From assembly GCF_009914755.1 (NCBI RefSeq), contig NC_060937.1: DNA of 64,000 bases. The stretch is one strand, 5' to 3'. Under the pieces are notes generated by a model. That model made no database searches. It was not told the DNA's origin and saw only the letters and a program-made list of their open reading frames with translations. The stretch is from the human T2T-CHM13v2.0 reference genome, Homo sapiens. This document shows, piece after piece, positions 54,560-64,000 of the stretch; position 1 is the first letter of the stretch; each line of letters begins with the position of its first letter. The position numbers and the translations under genes were made by a program.

Positions 54560-56098
54560 GTAAGACTTCCATTGATAACTGAGATAAAGTAAGCTCATTA
54601 CAACCCATCTTTCTTAGTGATTGCAACAAAATCTCTGGACAGAATACAAGAAGAAATTCCATTGGGACTCTGTAAAATAAGTAATAGCAGATGTATTAGG
54701 AAGCGAAATCAAACTTGTAGGAGAAAGGAAAGGCAGTAACTTTACTTTTTTGGTTTTTTTTCCACCCTCCCTTTATCTCTTGGTTTTTAGGTAAGAGTGG
54801 ACAGTAGAGGTGGACAGTAAAAATTAGAAGGAAAACTCTGCTTTTCAAGGCAGAAGTCCAGGATAAAAGAACCTCTACAGGCCAGAGAGTGGTTTGTTGG
54901 GGAGGAGGAAATCTTTTTTCTTTTCCTCTTCTATTTCATCGTTGTCCTGAGGCAGCCCCAGTCATGAAACTACCCTGCTCTCCTTACAGAGTATCTAAAA
55001 GTTCAAGAAAAAGTCTACCTCTTTATCCAGAGAAATAGAAAATGGAACCTCAGTGGTCCAAAGAATGTGGAGATTATCATTATGTTGTTTCTCTTTTCCA
55101 TCCTTCTGTCTGGAAGTGGCCATAATTTTGAAAAACTGTACAAAGGCAGAAGGAGCTAAAAGTGAGAGAAACTTTAGTTTACAAGGTAAAATACTGGGAA
55201 AAGGAAACTCGGAGAACCATAGAATGGCTAGAAAATTTGGAGAGGTGAGAGGAGAAACTATCCAAATTCTGTACCTGAGTTGACAAAACCTCTACTCTCA
55301 TCCTCACCTGCGTATTGAGAAAATAGACATCAATAAGCATGATGAAAGCTTTGAGAACTGAACTGTAGTATACAGACAAATCATTGAGTACACATGCACA
55401 AGGAAATTCAAACAGCATAGTATAGACTGAACTGAAGTTAGAAGCACTTTTCACAGACGGCAAATCAAAACTTTTGATCTCAGACTACCCACGTCAATTG
55501 GCTGCTAAAACAAATAAGAAAAAAATGTACATAATCTTCTGAGGATTTTGCCAGAATTAAATTTTACAATATGATATTTAAAATGTCCAAGATATAACCC
55601 AAAATCACTTGACATAGAAAGAAATAGGAAAATCTGGCTAATTTTAGGACAAAAATAATTTTAAAATGCCAACCTCAATATTATACAGGTGTTGAAATTA
55701 TCAGGCAAAGACAAGCAGTTATTACCACGCTTTATGGAATACAGTTGATCACTTTTAAATGAGTGCAAAGATAGAAGTTCTAAGCAGAGAAATAGAAACT
55801 ACGTAATTGAACTAGATGTCAAATAGAAATAAATACAAGATTCACTGCATGGGCTCAGCAACTGACATAGGAATAAAAACGGAAAGACTCAATGAACTTA
55901 AGATAGATCAGCAGAAATTTTTCCAATCTAAAGAACAGGAAAAAGTAAAAAGAGTGAACAAAAACAACAAAAAAGCAGAGTGCAGACACCAGTGAGACAA
56001 TATTACAAGGTCTTATAATTAGAGTTCTAGAAAGGAAAGCCAAAGGGGTTGGTACTGATTGAGCAAATAGTTTAAGGGATAATGGTCTGAAAACTATC
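54560..56098 (+). mobile_element. Ancient L1M 5'UTR/ORF1 relic
   Basis: AAAATGTCCAAGATATAACCCAAAATCACTTGACAT, CAGCAGAAATTTTTCCAATCTAAAGAACAG, AATGGTCTGAAAACT. Confidence 0.7.
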
Positions 56099-56273
56099 TC
56101 CCAAACTTTAACAGAGTTTGCTTCTTTTCTTCATTTAAATTGGTAAAAGCCTGTTTGTCTCCCATAGTCCATTCTTTCATTATTTCCCAAACTTTAACAG
56201 AGTTTGCTTCTTTTCTTCATTTAAATTGGTAAAAGCCTGTTTGTCTCCCATAGTCCATTCTTTCATTATTTCC
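56099..56273. repeat. Perfect 86-bp tandem duplication
   Basis: 56099-56184 identical to 56185-56270, followed by TCC microhomology. Confidence 0.97.
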
Positions 56274-56905
56274 TTAATAATGGAACCCCAGGATTTTAAC
56301 TGGTCAAAATGAAGACACCTTTACTCAGCTTACTTGCACCAGTGAATGTGACTATTTGCTGGCTAATGGTGTACATAGTCATCATTTGCGTTACTACCAG
56401 GGGATCCCCTTGAAATGGTATCTATGTCCTTCTTCTCCACCTGGAATGTAACACCTTTCTAAAGTTATTTTTAATGAACACACAATAATTGTACATATTT
56501 CTGGGGTATAGCGTAATATTTCAGTATATGTATACACTGTGTAATGATTAAATCAGGGTAATTAGCATACCCATCACCTCAGACATTTATAATTTCTTAT
56601 GTTGGGGACATTAAGAAATCTGTCTTCTAGTTATTTGAAAATCTATAATAAATTACTGTTAACTATAGAATGTGAATCATTTAGATCTAATATTGAATGC
56701 TATTGATGTGAAGATGAAGACAATATTCTGGGTGGGGAAGAGGGCGAGTGGAGGTAGATAGAGAAGAACCAAAAGATTGAAGAAAAGTGAGCCTCAACAA
56801 CGTGGATAGCTAATGAAAGGGCTGGTACATGACAGTGAAAATTGGGTTTAAGCTATTATCACTCAGTTGTGACTTTGTTACAGGAGATGTACATTTGTTC
56901 TAAGT
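56240..56905 (+). mobile_element. MLT1J-like LTR split by L1MA fragment
   Basis: TAATAATGGAACCCCAGGATTTT..CAGCTTACTTGCA..TGTGACTA..CCTGGAATG. Confidence 0.55.
56463..56668 (-). mobile_element. L1MA 3' end
   Basis: AATAATTGTACATATTTCTGGGGTA..TGTGTAATGATTAAATCAGGGTAATTAGCATACCCATCACCTC..CTGTTAACTATAG. Confidence 0.88.
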
Positions 56906-58079
56906 AATCCAGGAACTTAGCTCAATTACGATCCAGGCATTCTCTTAAAATACTATCAAAAATAACCTACCCCAGAATGTTTCTATCACTTGATTTTACT
57001 TTATTGTCACTATAGCACCAATCACCATCTGAATTACCTTTTTAATGTGTTTAGCTGCAGATTGTTTTCTCTTACATAGTAATTGGATGTTTCCAATGAT
57101 GTATTTATGAATTTCTTTAATTTTAAGGTAGTAAAGAGAAAACAAATCCGTTTTTTTAAGGTCTTCCTTCCATGGGTTAATTTATTGGCTTGCTAAAATC
57201 TCAAACACTATAAAACAATTAAGAATATCTGATATTAAATATTATTTGGTAATTTTACTTATTAATAACTAACAATTCATTTTAGAAATTAAAATGCAAT
57301 GCCTAATTTAAATGTTGAAATTTGTTCAAAATAAACACATGAGCTAAAAAGTAAAAAGACACAATATTTATCACTGAAAGGAATGCGCAAAATGTTCGCA
57401 TTTGCCATTTCTACGAAGCATAATGGACAGCAGCTCATATTTTATTTAGTTCTCCAACAGATGGAAGGAAACTAATGTCACTAAGTGAGAGCTAGGAGAC
57501 ATTCCAAAATTAACAACAGCAAATATAAACAGTTTAGTCCATCTCTTTCTTGAACATTAAAAAAAACCTTGTACTTTATCAAACAGTAGGTTATTAAATG
57601 AGTATAGCCTGGTATACAGCAGCAATTTGAAGAGTCATTTTGCGTGTTAAAACTGACTGAGCTACTAGTTCTTTGTATTTTACTTTAAGATTAGTTTTTA
57701 TCTATCTTTATATTTCATATTGCATTTAAAATTCAATTAGGACAGAGGTTTAAACTGTTTTTGTTATTACTGCTGCTTGCTTATTTGTTTCACTTTATAG
57801 TCTGTTTCTTCAGAGAGACAAATAGGCATTAGTTACCTGAATTATTGGCTTTACATGAGTAAATTACTTGCTAACTCAAAACTCATTTCTTTATCTACTA
57901 CTCCCCAAAGCATAGGAAATTTGTAAGTTTATTAGAGAAATAATATTTTACAAATAACCTTGAATTCTTCCTACTGTACAAAATTATTCTTCAAAACTTG
58001 GCTGTTTTAATTATTACCAGTAACAAAATAATAATAAGTTAACTCTCTGGAGGAATATATGTGAATCCCAAGTTTCTGC

Positions 58080-58340
58080 AATATGTCGTATCCAGAATAC
58101 AATTCACAATTCTGTGACCTTTGAGGAAATAAATAAGATTTTAAAAAAATAAATAGAGACAAATCATGGGATGACTCAGATGTTGAACTTAGCAGACAAG
58201 GATTTTTAAATCGTTTTTATAATTATGCTCAAGAATATAAAAGAATATACACACTGTAATGAAAGAAAAGATTAAAAAATCTCAGCAGAGTAGAAACTAT
58301 ATTTTGAAAATGTAAATACTTAAATGGAAAAATAAAAATT
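58080..58340 (+). mobile_element. L1M ORF1 fragment
   Basis: GATGACTCAGATGTTGAACTTAGCAGACAAGGATTTT..AATCTCAGCAGAG. Confidence 0.65.
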
Positions 58341-58513
58341 TTTAATTATACAGTGGTACTGATAAGTGTCTAGGAAATGCTTACATATAATATCAGAAAT
58401 AATAAATGATAACTATTGCTGCTTCCTACCAACCTGCTGGGAAAAACATAAAATGTAGCCATATTCTGAGTAGGTGGCTTAGATTTCAATCAATTAGTAG
58501 CTGCTGCTATTGA

Positions 58514-58649
58514 TTCTTCTGTTTCTTCTTCTTCTGTTTCTTCTGTTTCTTCTTCTTCTGTTTCTTCTCTTTCTTCTTCTTCTTCTGTTTCTCCTCCTCC
58601 TCTTCCTCCTTCTCCTCCTCCTCCTTCTTCTTCTTCCTTCTTCCTTCTT
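58514..58649. repeat. (TTC)n/(TCC)n polypyrimidine tract
   Basis: Directly visible. Confidence 0.95.
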
Positions 58650-59249
58650 ATTTTTTTTTAACAAATAGTATATCTCTGAAAAAATAGAAAATACATTGAT
58701 TTCTCCTACAAAAGTAGCTTACAATGTTGTGATTGAAGGGAGAAATATCGCTTTATGGGAGCAATAGTATTAAATATCTATACATATGAATGTCATTTAT
58801 TACTTTTCATTATTATTAGAAACTAAAATCTTATAAAATAATTTGACAAAAGGCATAACCAAATTGTTTTGAAAACCTTAGTGAACAATTTTGTTTTTAT
58901 GATAAATGGCATGTTCTTATTATCATTACTATTTAATCTTTCATTCTGAAATGTCTTCTTACTGTCTATCCCTAATATAGTTTCTCTCAATTTCCTACTG
59001 TTATACTCATGAAACCAAAGAAGGCAAAAACACATAACAAAGTTAACAGTGGCAGTCAATCTATTACCAAAATATATCAGAAAGTAATATTATCTACGAG
59101 GCCCTTCTAATTGTATTTATTGCCTGGAGTCTGGGAATGAAAGAAATAAACCTTGCTGTCCTGAAAATAAGGAGGAAAAACACACTACAGAAAAGAGCAT
59201 AAGTACCAGTGAAATATTAATAACTGTCTATTTGTGTTCAGAAATAATA

Positions 59250-61240
59250 TAAAAATAGCTACTATCAATACTTCTAACATTGTGCTAAAGGTTCTAATCA
59301 ATACAATGGGTAAGGAAAAATAAATCAAATATTTAAGGGTTTGAAAGCAAGACATGAAATTGCTTTTTTCACAGATGACGTGATTGTATAAGTAGACACT
59401 CAAATGGATATATAAATGGTTAAAATTGATAAATTAATTTAGTCATGTCACAGAATATGATGTCAATATATGTAATAGTATATATATATATGTTCTGCAT
59501 ATATATGTATATTTTCTGCAACAAATTGAAAATAGTGTAAAAAGTAATACTATTTACAGTAGCTTATAAACATTGAGCACGTATGAATAAATATAATAAA
59601 AAGATGTTCAAGCCCTATATATTGAAAACTATATCTGAAATTAAAGAAGACCTAAACAAATGGAAGTTTATATTACATTGACATGTTAGAAGGAACATAC
59701 TTGTTCTCTTCAATGATCTGTATATTCAATTCAATCCCCAATAAAAATCCAATAAGTTTTATAAAAATCTAATTCTAAAATTTCTTTTGAAATTCAAAAT
59801 TTCAAGAAGAGTCAAAACATTTTGAAAAAGATCAAATCATAAAATTCCACTACCAGATAAAAAGGCTTACTTTAAAGTGATAGCAATCAAGACAGTTTGT
59901 TACTATACCAGAAAAATTCAAAAAGACCAGTAGAGTAGAGTAAATAGTGTAGAAATATACCAATATTTATGGTCGCTTGATTTAAGACAGATGTTAAAAC
60001 ATAGTATTTTGAAAAAATAATGGACTTTTAAATAAATGGATTCTGTCAATTGGATATTCATACAGAAAAAAAATGAATCTTGATCTCACGCCACACATAA
60101 AAGTTAATTCTATGTGGTTTGCAGATTTGAACAGAAAAGTTAACCTAACACAACATTTAGAAAAAAAATAGAATATCTCTATATCCTCAAATTTAAAAAA
60201 TGATTTTTAAAATTATATGCAAAATAGAGTCATTATAAAGGAACAAAAAGTTGTCAGAATTAATTTCACTAATGTTAAAAATTTTGTTTAACAAAAGACA
60301 CTACTAATATAATTTAAAAATCAATCTTTAGAGTAGGAAAATAGTTTTATTACATATATCAGATAAAGCACTTAGTATATGTAAATAAATGGTATAAATC
60401 AATAAGAAAAGGAGCCACCACTAAAGAAAGTGGACAAAAGACTTGAACACATTCCTCAGAAACTGGTTTTCTAAATTGCTATTAAATGAATAAAAAGGTC
60501 CTTTAATTTCTTTATCATAGAGGAAATGAAAATTCAAACCAAAAATAAAATCACTGCACAACTCCCACAATAGCTGAAATGAAAAGGACTGAAAATATAC
60601 CAAGTATTGGCAAGAATATGTACCAACTGTAACTTCCATACTTTACTGGTGGGAGTTTAAATTGAAAAACCACGTTGAAAACCATTTTCTAGGATCTATG
60701 AAAGCTGAACAAATGCATATCTTATGACCCAGCAATTGCACTCATAGGTATAAAGCCGACAGAAATGTATCCATATGTTCAGTAAAAGAAAGATACCTAA
60801 TGATTACAGCAGCACTATTTGTAATAGCCAGAAACTGGAAACAACCCAATGTTCTTTAGCAGTTAAATGGATAAAGGGTAGTATTTTCATAAACTGAATA
60901 TTACATAGTATGAAGATTGAATGAATTTGTGCTAAATATAACAGCATAAAGAGCCAGACCAAGCACACATGCTGAAAGATACCATCTATAAGGTTCAAAA
61001 CAAAAGGATGTGGGGGGGTGCAAAACTAATCAGTGGTATTAAAAATCATGACAGTGGTTAACATTTTGGGGATATTGCCTAGGAAGGGTCATGAGAGGAA
61101 CATCTGTTCCGTTTCTTGATCCAGGTTCTGGACACATGGGTGTACTCGTGATTTTTGCAAATTCAACAAGCTGAAAATTTATAGTTTGTGCACTTTTCTT
61201 TAGGTATGCTATACTATTATGAAAAGTTTTAAAATCTATA
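59250..61240 (+). mobile_element. L1ME ORF2 3' half and 3'UTR
   Basis: TTCACAGATGACGTGATTG, GAAATTAAAGAAGACCTAAACAAATGGA, TATGACCCAGCAATTGCACTC, GTAATAGCCAGAAACTGGAAACAACCCAATG. Confidence 0.85.
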
Positions 61241-61677
61241 CAAATTTGGTGACTACCTTCTCATAAAAATATTTTTAACATCATAAGTGGATAAAAAATA
61301 AGTTTATCATCACATGCCTTCCTCCCACACCTTAATATTGCAAACCCCAAAAGCAATCATTTAAAAAGTACAGTATGAAGAGGCGATTATCTTCATATAT
61401 ATGTGTACGTAGGGGTCTCTGTAATGGTGATATTTTTATAAATATACCGAATTTATTTTAGCACCTACATAGATTTCTAGGATGTGGTTACAATTACCTG
61501 CTTCCACTTGCAGATATTTAATTTGTTTCCTATTCTGCCATTTTACACAATGAATTACCTGTATATTTAAGCATATGCTTATGTACATACGTACAGATAT
61601 TTTTGTAAAAAAAGATTTTCTAGATTTGGAATGGTTAATACAATAAATGAGTAATTCTACCTATTAAAACATGTTAC

Positions 61678-61785
61678 CCTTTTACCTACGTAACAAGCCT
61701 GCACATCCTGCACATGCACCCTGGAACTTAAAATAAAAGTTGAATAAATAAATAAATAAAATTAAAGTTATTTGAAATAAAAAAA
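61678..61785 (+). mobile_element. L1PA (PA8-16 age) 3'-terminal fragment
   Basis: TTTACCTACGTAACAAGCCTGCACATCCTGCACATGCACCCTGGAACTTAAAATAAAAGTT + (TAAA)n. Confidence 0.88.
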
Positions 61786-62610
61786 GCTACCAAATTGCTA
61801 CCCTATATGTATAAAGCATATATGTTTTATAGTATTAATTTAGATAAAATTTAATTATATATTTTTTACTATATAAAATTATCACATTAATGAGGGATAA
61901 AAATTAAAACAATGCTTACCTTGTAGAAGTAACCCATATATGAACACTAAAGTTAATCTATGAAAATAAAAATTTACTTCATCTAAAAATGCCAGAGAAA
62001 AAAGTTTGAGGCATAAAACTTGTAATCTGTTGTGCAATATACAGGGTTGATTGCAAGCACTTTCCAAAATAAATTATGGTGTTTTCTAGAAAAAAAAAAA
62101 CTAGTAAGAATGAAATTGTAATGATAGTTAATAAAAGGTACTGTAAGTTATTAATTTTCATCAGTCATTGCAACAATGGATGCATTCAACACTCTTCCCT
62201 GAGATAGAAGTTCTCATGTTTTTATGGGGAGAGCAAGTCTGCCAGGTTCCACAATCCTCCTCATGAATATTTTCTACTTAGACAGAACATGTCAAAGGAA
62301 TCAACCTACAGTCTGAAATATTTTGTTAAAAGGCTATGTCCAACAGACACTGTAGAGACTAACAAAACCATTATCTCTCAAGTGGAGTTACCCTGATGAC
62401 AAAGAGAGTTAACCAACCAGTAACAACCACAGAAACCAATACACATTTTGATTAATTGAGAAAGAGAGTCACTGAGTTCCTATAACAATAGAGGATAACG
62501 AGGGAACCAAGTGGGACTGCTTTCTGAAGGAACCACTACCCCTTCTCCAGTTCAGTCACCTAAGGTGCTGTCAAAGTCTTGAGATAAAGATACTGAACAA
62601 TGTTCTAAAC

Positions 62611-63116
62611 CAGCGGTCCCCAACCTTTTTGCCACCAGAGACCAGTTTTGTGGAAGACAATTTTTCCATGGATGGGGAGGTGGGCGTGGAGGGCACGGTT
62701 TCAGTGTGATTCAAGCACATTACACTTATTGTGCACTTTATTTCTATATTATTACATTATAATAGATAATGAAATATTTCTACAGCTCACAATAATGTAC
62801 AATCAGTGAGAGCCCTGAGCTTATTTTCCTGCAACTAGATGGTCCCTTTTGGGAGTTATGGGAGACAGTAACACATTATCAGGCATTAGATTCTCACAGG
62901 AGCGCACAACCTAGATCCCACACTTGTTCAGTTCAAAATAGGGTTTGGGATCCCATGAAAATCTAATGTCACCACTGATCTGACAGAAGGTGAAGCTCAG
63001 GAAGTAACGTGAGTAATGGGGAATGGCTGTAAATGCAGATGAAGCTTCCCTTGCTTGCCCACCACTCACCTCCTGCTGTGGGCCGAGTTCCTAACAGGCC
63101 ACGGACAGGACTCCTG
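62611..63116 (+). mobile_element. MER1A (hAT-Charlie) with perfect 8-bp TSD
   Basis: CAGCGGTCCCCAACCTTTTTG..GTTTTGTGGAAGACAATTTTTCC..TTCCTAACAGGCCACGGAC..CCTG; TTCTAAAC at 62603-62610 and 63117-63124. Confidence 0.95.
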
Positions 63117-64000
63117 TTCTAAACCACCCTGTGCTTGGCTGAGGTGACTGTCTTCCTTACTCCTACTTGTAGTCTTATGTAAAATCTCCGTTTATCAAGG
63201 CTGTAAAGCAATATAAAGGATGAGTTCAGGAAACCGTATCTCATAATAGAAATATACTGTTGGTGATTAAAGAGTTTCTAGAACAACTGAAATGTAATTA
63301 TGGTGATGAAACTGTTACTCCAGGGAAGAATAATTGGAAAGAGTTTTTGACTAAAAAGTTTAACCCTAATAAATGAAGTTATATTCCCTGATGAAGATGA
63401 CAACAGAAAGCTAACAACCTGTATGACATCCACAAAATGGAACCCAATGCTAGCCTTTCTCTAATACTTCCTAGAGGACAGATCATTTGGTGCATTTAGT
63501 AAATATACCAGCTTGTGGATTCCTTAATTTGAAGACAAATTAAACCTCTTAGTGATGTACAAAATAGATTGAAGGGACAAGAGACTAGTCAATTAATGTC
63601 ATAATATCAAACTATTTTAATTGATGTAACTTTAACATATATTTTAATAAATAGATTAATTGTATATTAAAATTCTCATGATTATTCCCTAATGTTTATT
63701 TTACACACACTTTTTAAATTGATTATCTATTTTTCAAGAGATGCTGTTATTTGAAATTGATTATATGTTAATTAGAGAGATTGATAGCTTCACAGTATTG
63801 AGTGTTTCCATGAATGGGATATATGTCTTAAAATCTTGATTAAAGACCCTCAGTAGCATAAAAGTTTTATTTATTTAGCACTTCCAAAGTTCTTATTTTC
63901 CCCTAAGATGTTTTACATATATGTCTTGTTCCTGTGAGTGGAAACTCTTCTTCAGTTACATTTTTTAACTGATTTTTGGCTTATATATGACTGCTTTTTA

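Noticed and set aside
59250-61240. L1 ORF2 as a coding region
   Set aside because: Heavily decayed with many stops and frameshifts; annotated as a TE relic only
63300-63395. GTGATGA ... CTGA spaced like a C/D-box snoRNA
   Set aside because: No terminal stem and no recognisable rRNA/snRNA guide; motifs are common by chance

Overview
AT-rich, CpG-poor primate genomic DNA, most likely human (AluJ/S/Y, THE1 and L1PA elements present), resembling a gene desert or long intron. I find no credible protein-coding exon, RNA gene, CpG island or CRISPR array; the ORF track is mostly explained by Alu, LTR, L1, microsatellite or chance frames. Much of the window is decayed transposable element: ten Alus, MaLR LTRs (THE1/MST/MLT1), old L1M and younger L1PA/L1PB/L1MA pieces, L2, MIR and DNA transposons (MER44/Tigger7, Tigger3, MER1A). 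Family calls are from recalled consensus sequences; subfamily calls and old-element boundaries are approximate. I could not identify a new biological system. The most notable items are small: an ultra-short 5'-inverted (twin-primed) L1 insertion with TSD, a perfect 14-bp hairpin masking a consensus 5' splice site, a perfect 86-bp tandem duplication, a templated complex micro-duplication, an exact 21-bp repeat 2.4 kb apart, two candidate exons and several enhancer/CTCF-like unique blocks.
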